Source: an uncultured Pelagibacteraceae bacterium (lineage in GTDB: Bacteria; Pseudomonadota; Alphaproteobacteria; Pelagibacterales; Pelagibacteraceae). Taken from it: a DNA stretch of 64,000 nucleotides. Shown one piece after another: positions 46,803 to 57,446 of the stretch; the stretch's first letter is position 1, and each line of letters opens with the position of its first letter. Location: positions 15,196 through 79,195 of the forward strand of contig CACBGP010000002.1 of NCBI GenBank assembly GCA_902538745.1, given 5' to 3'. Both the position numbers and the translations under genes were made by a program. The notes under the pieces were generated by a model. The model was not told where the DNA came from. It was given only the letters and a program-made list of their open reading frames with translations, and made no database searches.

Positions 46803-48175
46803 TGGATAAATCAAACGTTACACAATTGCATCCAACAGATAAAAAACACTCAAAAGAAGAGTTTTTAGGTAGTTCGCTTTCACCAAGAGAAATTGTATCT
46901 GAATTAGATAGATTTGTTGTTGGACAGAATAAAGCAAAAAAAGCAGTTGCAGTTGCATTAAGAAATAGATGGAGAAGACAAGCTCTTAAAGGTGAAATGA
47001 AAAATGAAGTTCTGCCTAAGAATATTTTAATGATTGGTCCAACTGGAGTTGGAAAAACTGAAATATCAAGAAGATTATCAAAACTAGCTGAGGCGCCTTT
47101 TGTTAAAGTTGAGGCTACAAGATTTACAGAGGTTGGTTATGTCGGAAGAGATGTCGAACAAATTGTTAGAGATCTTGTTGAAATAGCCATTTCAATGGAA
47201 AAAATTAAAAAAAGAAAAGAAGTAAAAACTAAGGCACAAAAACTCGCTGAAGAGAAAGTTTTAGATGCTTTGGTCGGGAAAAAAGCAAGCGCAGCAACGA
47301 GAGAGAGTTTTAGGCAAAGATTAAGAAATGGTGATTTAGATGACAATGAAATTGAAATTGCAGTAAGCGATACAGGGTCTAATTCCACTTCTTTTGAGAT
47401 TCCTGGAATGCCTGGTGCAAATGTTGGCATGATTAATATTGGAGAAATGCTTGGAAAATCAATGGGCGCTAAGGAAAAAAAGAAAAAAATGACTGTAAAA
47501 GAGTCTCATGAAATTTTAATAAACGATGAATCTGATAAATTAATTGAGCAGGATAAAATTATCAAAGCTGCAAAAATTTCAACTGAAAATAATGGGATAG
47601 TCTTTTTAGATGAAATTGACAAAATTTCCGGAAGAACGGATAGAGTTGGTGGTGATGTCTCAAGAGAAGGTGTACAAAGAGACTTATTGCCCCTAATCGA
47701 AGGAACTACAGTAAATACTAAATATGGTCCTATTAAAACAGATCATATTTTATTTATTGCCTCAGGTGCATTTCAACTTGCTAAACCATCAGATTTATTA
47801 CCTGAATTACAAGGACGATTACCTATAAGAGTTGAGCTAGAGGCTCTAACAAGTGAAGATTTTAAAAGAATTTTAAAAGAACCAGATTATAGTTTAATTA
47901 AACAATATGTTGCTCTCCTAAAAACTGAAAATGTTGAACTAGAGTTTTCTGACGATGGTATAGATGCAATAGCCAACATTGCTTCAGAAGTTAATGCTAC
48001 AGTTGAAAATATTGGAGCAAGAAGATTACACACGATTATTGAAAAAATTTTAGATGAAATTAGCTTTACTGCGACAGACAGATCTGGAGAAAAAATAATT
48101 ATTGATAAGAATTATATCAATAAAAACCTGGATAACCTTGTAAAAGATACAGATTTATCAAAATTTATTTTATAG
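46802..48175 (+). CDS. hslU: ATP-dependent protease ATPase subunit HslU
   Basis: [22 protein letters not shown] and [12 protein letters not shown]. Confidence 0.97.
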   Translation: MDKSNVTQLHPTDKKHSKEEFLGSSLSPREIVSELDRFVVGQNKAKKAVAVALRNRWRRQALKGEMKNEVLPKNILMIGPTGVGKTEISRRLSKLAEAPFVKVEATRFTEVGYVGRDVEQIVRDLVEIAISMEKIKKRKEVKTKAQKLAEEKVLDALVGKKASAATRESFRQRLRNGDLDDNEIEIAVSDTGSNSTSFEIPGMPGANVGMINIGEMLGKSMGAKEKKKKMTVKESHEILINDESDKLIEQDKIIKAAKISTENNGIVFLDEIDKISGRTDRVGGDVSREGVQRDLLPLIEGTTVNTKYGPIKTDHILFIASGAFQLAKPSDLLPELQGRLPIRVELEALTSEDFKRILKEPDYSLIKQYVALLKTENVELEFSDDGIDAIANIASEVNATVENIGARRLHTIIEKILDEISFTATDRSGEKIIIDKNYINKNLDNLVKDTDLSKFIL

Positions 48176-49003
48176 ATAACCCAAATCTTTCATCTCATCT
48201 TTAAAACTAACTTCAATCTCATCTTTTATATTTTTATTCAGAAAATCTTTCCAATCATTTTTAGGTCCTAGATAAAAAAATTTATTATTATTTTTTGGAG
48301 CTTCTTTAAACCCTTTTAATTCCTCTTGTTTTTTTAAATTTTCGAAACTGGTATTTTCAATAGCTTTTAAAATATTTTTTTCATCAAATTTAATTGGTGC
48401 AATTTCTTTTATAAATTCTGCAATTTTTGTAAATTCATCAATAGGATTACTAAGCAAATTTTCATACTTTATTAAAATATATTTGCTTTTGAAAGAAGTA
48501 ATGCTTTTCCAAGAATTATAGTGAAATTTCCAAGATGAGACTATTGTTGGTAAATCCTCTACCTTTTTAGATCCTTTTACTCCAATCGTGTTATTTTCAT
48601 CTTTTAAAAATTTAAGAGCTTTTTCATAACTTTCATGATTATAATGATTTTTAATAGATGTAATTACATTTCTCGGGTCTCTTACGATATGGATTGTTCC
48701 AATTGTATTTTTATCATCTGTAAAACTATATTTTGATATTTTCCAAAATGCACTGTGAGTTTTGAAAAACTTTATCTTATTATCTAAATTTATTTCTGAT
48801 TGTACATTATTCGTGTTCTTTATTATTTCTGATACATCGTCAGTATTATTTGTAAAATTTTGAAAATATTTTCTAGTTGGGAATTGTCCTATCTTTATTT
48901 CATTAATATTTACAGTTGCATCTGGAGTGAATACCAATGAATTTAAGAAGAGTCTAACCCAAGTATTTCCACTTTTTGGATATGATGCTAGCCAAACAAT
49001 CAT
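48170..49003 (-). CDS. PAPS-dependent sulfotransferase (tandem copy 2)
   Basis: [26 protein letters not shown] and KYENL. Confidence 0.9.
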   Translation of the reverse strand: MIVWLASYPKSGNTWVRLFLNSLVFTPDATVNINEIKIGQFPTRKYFQNFTNNTDDVSEIIKNTNNVQSEINLDNKIKFFKTHSAFWKISKYSFTDDKNTIGTIHIVRDPRNVITSIKNHYNHESYEKALKFLKDENNTIGVKGSKKVEDLPTIVSSWKFHYNSWKSITSFKSKYILIKYENLLSNPIDEFTKIAEFIKEIAPIKFDEKNILKAIENTSFENLKKQEELKGFKEAPKNNNKFFYLGPKNDWKDFLNKNIKDEIEVSFKDEMKDLGYL

Positions 49004-49015
49004 AATATAAAAAAT

Positions 49016-49849
49016 TTATAAATAACCTAAATCTTGCATCTCATTTTTAAAACTAGTTTCTATATCATCTTTTATATTCTTATCTAATAAACCCTGCCAA
49101 TTATTTTTAGGTCCTAAATAAAAAAACTTATTATTATTTTTTGGACCTTCTTTAAATCCCTCTTTTTCCTCTTGTTTTTGTAAATTTTCGAATTTTATAT
49201 CCTCAATAGATTTGAGGATATTTTTTTCTTTGAATTTCATTTCCGAAATCTTTTCTATAAATTTAGTAATTTTTGTAAATTCATTAAAAGGATTATCAAG
49301 TAAATTTTCATATTTTATTAAAATATATTTACTTTTTAAGTTAATAGGATTTTTCCATGAATTATAATGTAGTTTCCAAGATGAAATTGGAGTTGGTAAA
49401 TCTTCCTCCTTTTTGGAGCCTTTAACTCCTATAATATTATTCTCATGCTTCATAAAGTTTAAAGCTTCCTTATAACTCTCATACCCATAATGATTTTTAA
49501 TAGATGTAATTATATTTCTCGGGTCTCTAACAATATGAATAATCCCTTTAGTATTTTCATCATTAGTGAAGTAATCTTGTCCTATTTTCCAGAAAGCATT
49601 ATGTGTTTTAAAAAATTTAATTTTATTATCTAAATTAATCTTTGATTGAGCGTAATTACAATTCTGTATAAATTCTTTAACATCATCAATATTATTTGTA
49701 ATGTCTTTAAAATATTTCCTAACTGGAAATTGCCCTAACTTTATATCGTTAATATTAATTGTTTCATTTGGTGCTAATATCAATGAATTTAAAAATAGTC
49801 TGACCCAAGTATTTCCACTCTTAGGGTATGAGGCCAACCAAATTATCAT
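49016..49849 (-). CDS. PAPS-dependent sulfotransferase (tandem copy 1)
   Basis: Same motifs and same length (277 aa) as the neighbour; start overlaps the smr stop (ATGA). Confidence 0.9.
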   Translation of the reverse strand: MIIWLASYPKSGNTWVRLFLNSLILAPNETININDIKLGQFPVRKYFKDITNNIDDVKEFIQNCNYAQSKINLDNKIKFFKTHNAFWKIGQDYFTNDENTKGIIHIVRDPRNIITSIKNHYGYESYKEALNFMKHENNIIGVKGSKKEEDLPTPISSWKLHYNSWKNPINLKSKYILIKYENLLDNPFNEFTKITKFIEKISEMKFKEKNILKSIEDIKFENLQKQEEKEGFKEGPKNNNKFFYLGPKNNWQGLLDKNIKDDIETSFKNEMQDLGYL

Positions 49850-50265
49850 TTTACTAAATTCTTTTTAAGAAAAATATAAAATGCTCCACTGCCTCCATCA
49901 ACAACATTTGCCTCTTTTATTTCATTGATTAGTTTCATCAACTCAGCATCATTTTTTATATATTCTGGCATAGAATATTTTAGAATACCAAAATCTTTAG
50001 AGGTATAAGGATTTTTTTCATTATCAGAGTGTATGCCTTTTCCTGTGACAATAACTAATTTTCTAATCCCATTTTTATAAGAATCTTTGATTAATTTATT
50101 GACTCTTTTGTTTGCCTCATCTAACGAGAAACCATGGAAATCAAAATTTTTTGTTAATTTAGTTTTTTTTTTTAAACTTGATAGATCTTTATTAGGGACA
50201 GGATCTTTATTAGTTAAAAAGTCTTCCCAATCCTTTTTATCCTTCTTTGAAATTTTTGTAATCAA
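49846..50265 (-). CDS. Smr/MutS2 C-terminal domain protein
   Basis: DFHG, VTGKG and GGSGAFY. Confidence 0.9.
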   Translation of the reverse strand: MITKISKKDKKDWEDFLTNKDPVPNKDLSSLKKKTKLTKNFDFHGFSLDEANKRVNKLIKDSYKNGIRKLVIVTGKGIHSDNEKNPYTSKDFGILKYSMPEYIKNDAELMKLINEIKEANVVDGGSGAFYIFLKKNLVK

Positions 50266-50862
50266 TTACGTTAAAGTATCAACGAGTTGCCAGTTTGGAT
50301 TGTTTGATTTTGTATCTCGTGAGAACACCCAAGTGTCATAAATTTTTTTAATTGTTTCTGGATCACCAGATACTATTTTTTTCTCTTTATCTTTGATACA
50401 TGTTATTACCTCTGCAACAAAATCTACTGTTACTTTCAAAATAGAACCAATTTTATTATGTTCTTTTATTTTAGCTGAATTGATACCAATAAATGTGATT
50501 TCTGCAAAATGTCCTCTTTTACTTCTGTCAACTAAAGCAGTTTTAAATTGAGAGTAAATTTTTTCACTCAACAATGGTTTGCTATTAGTAATTTTATTAT
50601 CTTGATCACTAAAATCAGTAATTATAGTTTCATAAGCAATTTTTGCACCTTTTAAAAATTCTTTTTGAGCTTCTTCGTCAAAGTTTTCTTTAATCTTAAC
50701 CGTATTTTCTGCTTGGGCTTTTTTTAAAATATTATCAAATTGTGGGTTAACTTTACCTTCAAAACCTGTTCTTTTACCCAGAATTCCTCTTAATCTCAAA
50801 AAGATAAAGCCGGCTATCATGGCTAGTAGGATAATATCTATATATTCGAAACTATAATTCAT
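50266..50862 (-). CDS. Tim44/TimA family protein
   Basis: LRLR..LG.RTG, FL.GAK.AYE.I, D.WVF.R and PNW.L. Start taken as ATG 50862. Confidence 0.9.
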   Translation of the reverse strand: MNYSFEYIDIILLAMIAGFIFLRLRGILGKRTGFEGKVNPQFDNILKKAQAENTVKIKENFDEEAQKEFLKGAKIAYETIITDFSDQDNKITNSKPLLSEKIYSQFKTALVDRSKRGHFAEITFIGINSAKIKEHNKIGSILKVTVDFVAEVITCIKDKEKKIVSGDPETIKKIYDTWVFSRDTKSNNPNWQLVDTLT

Positions 50863-50920
50863 AACGATGAATGTAATTACTATGTTGAATAATTTCAACT
50901 AACATTTAAATTAAAGACAA

Positions 50921-51346
50921 ATGAACTCAGTTCTAATTAGTATAATACTTGTCCCAATAATCGAAATTTACCTAATTATAAAAATTGGGTCTCAAATTGG
51001 AGCAGTAACAACAATAATATTAATATTTTTAACAGCTATTCTTGGAATATTCTATGCAAGATATGAGGGTCTAAATACATTGAAATCTGGTTTTATGCAG
51101 TTGATTAAAAATGAGATGCCTATTTATGAAATAATATCAGGTGCAGCTATAACCTTTGCCGCTTTATTATTAATTATCCCAGGTTTTATGACAGATATAA
51201 TTGGTTTTCTCTTAATATTTCCTTTAACAAGAAATCTAATTTTAAAAATAATATCGTCCAAATTTAAAATAAAAAAAAATAAAGATGAAAAATTTATTGA
51301 TGGAGAATATGAAGATATAGAAAAAGGAGATGACAAAAAATTATAA
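50921..51346 (+). CDS. fxsA: FxsA family membrane protein
   Basis: PIIEI, LLIIPGFMTD..G and IDGEYE. Confidence 0.9.
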   Translation: MNSVLISIILVPIIEIYLIIKIGSQIGAVTTIILIFLTAILGIFYARYEGLNTLKSGFMQLIKNEMPIYEIISGAAITFAALLLIIPGFMTDIIGFLLIFPLTRNLILKIISSKFKIKKNKDEKFIDGEYEDIEKGDDKKL

Positions 51347-51752
51347 AATCTTAGCTAAATATATTAAAGATATGTCAAGCGAGACACCAGATGCTGAGAC
51401 ATATATGTATGTTAAAGATAACATATCCCGTTATCAATTGGGAATCGATATAAGTTCAAAAGCAATTAAAAGTAGATTAATAGAGATCAACACTTCAATA
51501 AAATTTCATGATAAAAAAGAAAATGTGAAGAAATCAATTTTTGAATTTATATACACATCTGTTGCTCAGGTTGATGAAAATCTTAAGGATAAAAAAGTTT
51601 TGGAAAAAATTATTTTAGTGGATGTCCAAAAAGAAATTTTTCCAGATATAGAAAAAACATTAATTAACTTACTTCATAACTCAGGTTACCCAGCAATCAA
51701 GATAGAAAAAAAAATAGATTTTGAGGAACTATATAAAAAAAATTTTAATTGA
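51330..51752 (+). CDS. secB: Protein-export chaperone SecB (divergent)
   Basis: YIKDMS.E.P, IFP, GYP and IDFE.LY; conserved fxsA-secB-dnaQ synteny. Confidence 0.82.
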   Translation: MTKNYKILAKYIKDMSSETPDAETYMYVKDNISRYQLGIDISSKAIKSRLIEINTSIKFHDKKENVKKSIFEFIYTSVAQVDENLKDKKVLEKIILVDVQKEIFPDIEKTLINLLHNSGYPAIKIEKKIDFEELYKKNFN

Positions 51753-52410
51753 AAAAATTTTTTTTTATTTGCGATTTTAAAAAATAACTATGATTTTCTA
51801 ATTCCTTTTTAGATGGAGTTATAATTTTCTTAAAATATTTTATTTCCTTACCACTTTCCTGATTACTTATTATTTCTTGATTGCTAAAATCTAATGTGGG
51901 TTCTTTTTGGTCTAATAAATTTATATAGACTTTTGCTAATAAGTCACAATCTACTAAGGCTGTATGTTTTGTCCGTCTTGAGTTATCAATTCTATATCTT
52001 TTACAAAGAGCATCTAAGTTCGAAGGTGAGCCTGGAAACTTATCTCTAGCTAAAATTAATGTATCTACGATATCATTTTTGATGACTTTCCTGCCTAAAA
52101 TTTTTAATTCATTATTTAAATGAGACAAGTCAAAATCCGCATTATGTATAATTAATCTTTTATCTTTTATAAATTCTAAAAATTCATCCACAATTTCTGA
52201 AAATTTTTTTTGTTTAAATAAAAATTCATCAGAATAGCCATGAATCTCAAAAGCTTTTTGAGAAACTTTTCTCTCTGGATTTAAGAAACAGTGAAATTTG
52301 TTCTTAGTTGGAATCAAATCATCAAGTTCAATGCAACCGATTTCAACAATTCTATGACCTTCCTTGACGGATATACCAGTTGTTTCAGTATCTAAAATAA
52401 TCTCTCTCAT
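51745..52410 (-). CDS. dnaQ: DNA polymerase III epsilon subunit
   Basis: LDTETTG, HNA.FD, LDALC and H.AL.D. Confidence 0.95.
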   Translation of the reverse strand: MREIILDTETTGISVKEGHRIVEIGCIELDDLIPTKNKFHCFLNPERKVSQKAFEIHGYSDEFLFKQKKFSEIVDEFLEFIKDKRLIIHNADFDLSHLNNELKILGRKVIKNDIVDTLILARDKFPGSPSNLDALCKRYRIDNSRRTKHTALVDCDLLAKVYINLLDQKEPTLDFSNQEIISNQESGKEIKYFKKIITPSKKELENHSYFLKSQIKKNFFN

Positions 52411-52979
52411 TTTAAAATCTTTTTTAAAATAGTTTTAACATTTTTTCTAACAATTTTTTTGGTATAAAAATTCTTTATCATATAATGAGATTTTCTTTTT
52501 TTATAATCAAGCGGGAGTTGAATTTCCTTCAATTTTTTAAAAATCTTTCTATTAAATCCTTTTCTCTTAAGTAGTCTTTTTGAAATATCTGTCTTTTTTG
52601 CATCAACAAAAATAAAAATTATATTTTTTATTTTAATTTTATTTTCTAACAATAGAGGCACATCTAAGATTACAACTTTTTTTTTTTTATTTTTTATAAG
52701 AAATGAATTCATCTTTTTTCTTATAAGCGGATGAACTATTTTGATAATTTTTTTTATATTATTCTTATTGCTTAAAATCGCATTCGTTAATTCAGTTTTA
52801 TCTGTTGGAAATGTCTTAATATATTTTGGTAATAATTTTTTTAATTTTAAAAAACACACTCTGTTTTTTTTATATATTTTGGCTACCTCATTATCGGCAT
52901 TAAACACTGGATATCCAAATGATTTAGCTACAAAACTTTTTCCAGATCCTATATCTCCCAAAATTCCAATTCTAATCAT
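52407..52979 (-). CDS. coaE: Dephospho-CoA kinase
   Basis: GDIGSGKS, HP and DVPLL.E; synteny with aroE and dnaQ. Confidence 0.9.
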   Translation of the reverse strand: MIRIGILGDIGSGKSFVAKSFGYPVFNADNEVAKIYKKNRVCFLKLKKLLPKYIKTFPTDKTELTNAILSNKNNIKKIIKIVHPLIRKKMNSFLIKNKKKKVVILDVPLLLENKIKIKNIIFIFVDAKKTDISKRLLKRKGFNRKIFKKLKEIQLPLDYKKRKSHYMIKNFYTKKIVRKNVKTILKKILK

Positions 52980-53766
52980 TCTCTAAAAGCTTAAATGTAT
53001 CTAAATTTACTTTTGGTTCTATATTATGCCATAATTTAAATGCTTCTAGAGCTTGGTAAACAAACATAGTTTTTCCATTTTCTGTTTTGCATCCTAATTG
53101 CTTGCCAATTTTCAAAAAGTTAGTTTCATGAGGATTATAAATTACATCATAAAATAATTTATCAGGTCCTAAACTTGAAAAATCTAAATTTATTGTTTCA
53201 TTTTTTAAACCAAGACTTGTAGCATTTATCAATACATCAAAATCATTTAATTTTCCCCATTCTAAAATTTTAAGATCGTTAAATAAAATTTTTAAATTTT
53301 CTGCCTTCTCTCTAGTTCTGTTGCTAATTGTTATCTCTTGAACATGCATATTTTTTAAGGCAAAAATTATTGAGGGTACCACACCACCAGCCCCTAAAAT
53401 TAAAACCTTCTTGCCCTGAATGCTAAAATTTAATTTTTTTATTGCAGTATCAAAGCCAGCTATGTCTGTATTGTGTCCAACTAGATAATCATTGTAAAAA
53501 GTAATTGTGTTTACTGATTGGGTCTGTTCCGCTTCAGGGCTTAATTTATCTAAAAAAGGTATAACCATTTTTTTAAATGGCACAGTCACATTGCAACCAG
53601 CTACTTTTTGTTTCTTTATATCTTGAATAAAATTTTTAATTTGAGGATCCTTTAGTTTAATTTTATCATATGTGGCATCAATATTATTTTCTTTTAACCA
53701 ATAGTTTTGAAGTTTGGGAGATAAAGAGTGATCAATTGGATTTCCGATGACATAAAATTTTTTCAT
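52972..53766 (-). CDS. aroE: Shikimate dehydrogenase
   Basis: HSLSP, NVTVPFK, NTD, GAGG and NATSLG. Confidence 0.95.
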   Translation of the reverse strand: MKKFYVIGNPIDHSLSPKLQNYWLKENNIDATYDKIKLKDPQIKNFIQDIKKQKVAGCNVTVPFKKMVIPFLDKLSPEAEQTQSVNTITFYNDYLVGHNTDIAGFDTAIKKLNFSIQGKKVLILGAGGVVPSIIFALKNMHVQEITISNRTREKAENLKILFNDLKILEWGKLNDFDVLINATSLGLKNETINLDFSSLGPDKLFYDVIYNPHETNFLKIGKQLGCKTENGKTMFVYQALEAFKLWHNIEPKVNLDTFKLLEND

Positions 53767-53767
53767 A

Positions 53768-54358
53768 TTAGTATCCGTGTGTTTTTAAATATTCTTTAAT
53801 TTTTTTTATTGGTAAACCCATAATTGTATCTTCATCACCTTCGATGCTTGTAAATAAATATCTACCCTCACTTTCAATTTGGTAAACGTTATAAGCATAA
53901 AGGGCCTCATCAGAAATCTTAGATAAATATTTTTTCAATTCTTCTTCAGTAAAATTTTTCATTTTTAATTTAGCTTTATCAGTATAGTTCCAAATCATCA
54001 TCCCATTTTTAGATATACAAACCGAACTTATCAAATAATGAGATTTACCATTAAGTTTTTTTAAAATTTTTAAAGCAGTTTCTCTATTTTTAGGTTTCGA
54101 TATTATTTTTCCTTCTAAATCTATAACGCTGTCTGCACCTAATACCAATTTATCAGGACACTTCATGCTTACTTTATTTGCTTTTATTTCTGCAAGATTT
54201 TTCGAGATAATCTCTGGATTGGCTTTTTCATTTAACAAACTTAGCTTAATAATATCCTCATCGACATTTGAGGGTTTGACAGTATTAACAATATTATTTT
54301 TGTCTAAAATTTTTTTTCTTACTTTGCTTTTTGATGCTAAAATAATTTCTTTATCCAT
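53768..54358 (-). CDS. maf: Maf family nucleotide pyrophosphatase
   Basis: ILASKS..R, GADS, KP and IMGLP. Confidence 0.9.
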   Translation of the reverse strand: MDKEIILASKSKVRKKILDKNNIVNTVKPSNVDEDIIKLSLLNEKANPEIISKNLAEIKANKVSMKCPDKLVLGADSVIDLEGKIISKPKNRETALKILKKLNGKSHYLISSVCISKNGMMIWNYTDKAKLKMKNFTEEELKKYLSKISDEALYAYNVYQIESEGRYLFTSIEGDEDTIMGLPIKKIKEYLKTHGY

Positions 54359-55181
54359 TCTTTTTATTTGAAAAAATTTCGTAAATTTTTATTATTGATG
54401 CAGCTGTTTCCTCAACGGATTTCCTTGTTACATCTATGGTTGGCCATTTATATTTTCTAAAAGTATTTTTTGCATCCTCAACTTCCTTTTTGATTTTATC
54501 CAAATTAGTATAATCTTGACTTTTTGTGTTTTTTAAAGAATTTATTCGATTTTTTCTTATATCAGCCAATCTTTCAGCTTCAGTCGTTAACCCAATAATA
54601 CAAAAATTTTGTGGATTATTTTTTAAATTTTTTGGTATAGAATTGTTATTTATCAAAGGTATGTTTGCTGTTTTGTAGCCTTTGTTTGCCAAATATATTG
54701 AAGTTGGTGTTTTACTAGTTCTGCTAACACCTAATAAAATTATATCAGATTTTTCAATATCATTAAGTAAATTTCCATCGTCATGGTTCATTGTGTATTG
54801 AATTGCTTCAATTCTATTATAGTACTCTTCGTCTAAGACGTGTTGACCGCTTGGCTCGTGAGATGCCTTCTGATTAAATAATTTTGAAAAATTTAGTATT
54901 AAGCTACCCAGGACGCCAAAGCAAGGTATTCTTTTTTTATTGCATAAGTTAGCTAAATTTTTTGCTAAGTTGTTATCTACAATTGTATATAAGATAATAG
55001 AATTTTCTTCTTTCTCTGCTATTTCGAGTATTTTTGAAATTTGATTCTCAGTTCGTGTGAAAGAATAAGAATTAACTTTATAATCAATATTTTTGAATTG
55101 TGCCTTTAAAGATAAAAAGATTCTTTCTAAAGTCTCTCCTGTGGAGTCAGAAATTAAGAATATTTGATAAGTATTACTCAT
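54351..55181 (-). CDS. Pyruvate,phosphate/water dikinase regulatory protein (PSRP kinase/pyrophosphorylase)
   Basis: SDSTGET, HDDG, GVSRTSKTPTS.YLA and DVTRKSVEETA. Confidence 0.93.
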   Translation of the reverse strand: MSNTYQIFLISDSTGETLERIFLSLKAQFKNIDYKVNSYSFTRTENQISKILEIAEKEENSIILYTIVDNNLAKNLANLCNKKRIPCFGVLGSLILNFSKLFNQKASHEPSGQHVLDEEYYNRIEAIQYTMNHDDGNLLNDIEKSDIILLGVSRTSKTPTSIYLANKGYKTANIPLINNNSIPKNLKNNPQNFCIIGLTTEAERLADIRKNRINSLKNTKSQDYTNLDKIKKEVEDAKNTFRKYKWPTIDVTRKSVEETAASIIKIYEIFSNKKNG

Positions 55182-55442
55182 GTATATTTTGTTAATATCT
55201 TTGTAATATTTTAATAAAATTAAACAAATTTATTTTTATTTAAAATAGCTTGTAAAATATGGGTTTTATCAACATAATTTCTTTAGTGAAAAACAAATAT
55301 ACAAATGGTTGGGTAATTCATAAGTTACCTATTAATTAATGATAAATTTAAGAATAAATAGTTAATAAAATGTTGATAAAAAATAGTTACCATTATTCAC
55401 ACTCCCTAATAATACTACAATCTTATATTATATATTTTAAAT
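55182..55442. other. Probable chromosomal replication origin (oriC)
   Basis: At 261 bp it is the longest intergenic gap seen, very AT-rich, at the PSRP/hemE divergence where alphaproteobacterial origins typically lie. DnaA-box-like 9-mers at 55266-55274, 55371-55379 (minus) and 55393-55401. Confidence 0.82.
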
Positions 55443-56444
55443 ATGACCCCTATTTATAGAGTTTTAAAAAATAACGATACAACAATAAAGCCTATATGGA
55501 TTATGAGACAAGCAGGAAGATATTTGCCGGAGTTTAGAAAAATTAGAAGTAAAAATCCCGATTTTATAAAGTTATGCTTAAATGAAAAATTATCTGCAGA
55601 AATAACACTACAGCCTTTAAAAAGATATGATTTAGACGCTGCAATAATATTTTCAGATATTCTAATGCTGCCATATGGATTAAATCAAAAAGTTGAGTTT
55701 AAGAAAGGTATCGGACCTATATTAGGAAATTTAGACTTAGATAGTATTTCGAAATTGAATGAAACCAATTTTGTTGAGAAACTTAATCCGGTTTATAAGC
55801 TAGTTAATTTAATTAATAATGATGCTCTTACAAAAAATAAAAGTACAATAGGTTTTGTTGGTGCTCCATGGACTCTTTTAGTATACATGATTAATCAAAA
55901 ATCACCAAAGTCGGGTTTAAAGAATGATTTTTTTAAAGATAAAAATTTAATAAGCAAAACTTTAGAGATAATTGAAAAATTTTTAAAAGTACATATCAAA
56001 TGCCAAGTTGAAAACGGTGCGCAAATTATTCAAATTTTTGATAGCTGGGCTGGATTATTAAATGAAAAAGATTTGTCAGATTATGTTTATGAACCCACTG
56101 TAAACTTGGTTGAATATATAAAATCTTTAAACATTCCAGTCATATGTTTTCCTAAAGGTATAAAAAGATATAAAGATTACTGTGAAACTGTTAAGCCGGA
56201 TGCTGTCTGTATTGATTATGAAGTTGATCCTAAAGAGATTTTAAAAGATATCCAAATTCCTGTTCAAGGAGGAATGGATCCAAAAATTTTGTTGACTGAC
56301 CAAGAAAATTTAAAAAAAGAGGCAAAAAAATATTTAGATATCTTTAAAGATCATCCTTATATATTTAATTTAGGTCATGGAATTTTGCCTGATACAGACC
56401 CAGAAATGATGAACTATTTAGTGAATACGGTAAAAGATTATTAA
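55443..56444 (+). CDS. hemE: Uroporphyrinogen decarboxylase
   Basis: WIMRQAGRYLPE, DAAIIFSDIL, QIFDSW and FNLGHG. Confidence 0.97.
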   Translation: MTPIYRVLKNNDTTIKPIWIMRQAGRYLPEFRKIRSKNPDFIKLCLNEKLSAEITLQPLKRYDLDAAIIFSDILMLPYGLNQKVEFKKGIGPILGNLDLDSISKLNETNFVEKLNPVYKLVNLINNDALTKNKSTIGFVGAPWTLLVYMINQKSPKSGLKNDFFKDKNLISKTLEIIEKFLKVHIKCQVENGAQIIQIFDSWAGLLNEKDLSDYVYEPTVNLVEYIKSLNIPVICFPKGIKRYKDYCETVKPDAVCIDYEVDPKEILKDIQIPVQGGMDPKILLTDQENLKKEAKKYLDIFKDHPYIFNLGHGILPDTDPEMMNYLVNTVKDY

Positions 56445-57443
56445 ATGGAAAATAGCATAAATCATCCTCAAATTAATTTTGGTAAAACTGGCATTTTAAT
56501 AATTAATTTGGGAACACCTGACTCAACGAGCTGGCTAGATATAAGAAAATATCTAAAGGAGTTTTTATCCGATAGAAGAGTAATAGAAGTTAATCCTGTA
56601 TTATGGCAAATTATACTAAATATTTTTATATTAAATTTGAGGCCTTCTAAAACTGCTAAGGCATATAAAGAAATTTGGATGAAAAAAGAGAATGTCTCTC
56701 CGTTGCTTTACTATACTCGGCAACAAGCAAATAAATTATCAAATTTAATTTCTGAAAAAAATGTAATCGTAGATTTTGCTATGAGGTATGGAAATCCAAG
56801 TATTAAAAGTAAGATAAAAAATTTGCACGATAAGGGTTGTGAAAATTTGGTTATACTACCATTATATCCTCAATATGCTGCAGCAACTACTGCTACTGTT
56901 TGTGATGAGGTATATAGAACACTTATGAAAATGAGATGGCAACCATCCATTAAAATTATACCACACTATGAATCCCACCCTCAATATATTGATGCCTTAG
57001 TAAATTCACTGAATAAAAAAATAAAAGAAATAAACTGGAAACCAGATCTAATTTTGGTTTCTTATCACGGCATACCACAAAAATATTTTGATAAAGGAGA
57101 CCCGTATCATTGTTATTGCCAAAAAACCACTAGATTGATTTCAGAAAAGTTTAAATCCATAGAACTTAAAACAACTTTTCAATCAAGATTTGGTCCTCAA
57201 AAATGGCTTGAGCCCTACACAGACAAAACTTTAGAAAAATTACCTGGAGAAGGTAAAAAGAATGTTCTTGCAATATGCCCAGGTTTCTCCTCTGATTGTG
57301 TTGAAACTTTGGAGGAAATTTTAATTCAAGGCAAAGAAATTTTCTTAGATTCTGGTGGTGAAAATTTCGATATGGTGCCGTGTTTAAATGATAGCGATGA
57401 CCATATAGCATTATTAAAATCGTTAGTTCAAAAAAGTCTTTAA
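56445..57443 (+). CDS. hemH: Ferrochelatase
   Basis: NLGTP, MRYGNP, PLYPQY, SYHGIP, FQSRFG and DCVETLEE. Confidence 0.97.
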   Translation: MENSINHPQINFGKTGILIINLGTPDSTSWLDIRKYLKEFLSDRRVIEVNPVLWQIILNIFILNLRPSKTAKAYKEIWMKKENVSPLLYYTRQQANKLSNLISEKNVIVDFAMRYGNPSIKSKIKNLHDKGCENLVILPLYPQYAAATTATVCDEVYRTLMKMRWQPSIKIIPHYESHPQYIDALVNSLNKKIKEINWKPDLILVSYHGIPQKYFDKGDPYHCYCQKTTRLISEKFKSIELKTTFQSRFGPQKWLEPYTDKTLEKLPGEGKKNVLAICPGFSSDCVETLEEILIQGKEIFLDSGGENFDMVPCLNDSDDHIALLKSLVQKSL

Positions 57444-57446
57444 TTT

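Noticed and set aside
55332-55351. Possible CtrA box (TTAA-N7-TTAA) in oriC
   Set aside because: The spacing here is N8, and TTAA is too frequent in this AT-rich region to be informative.
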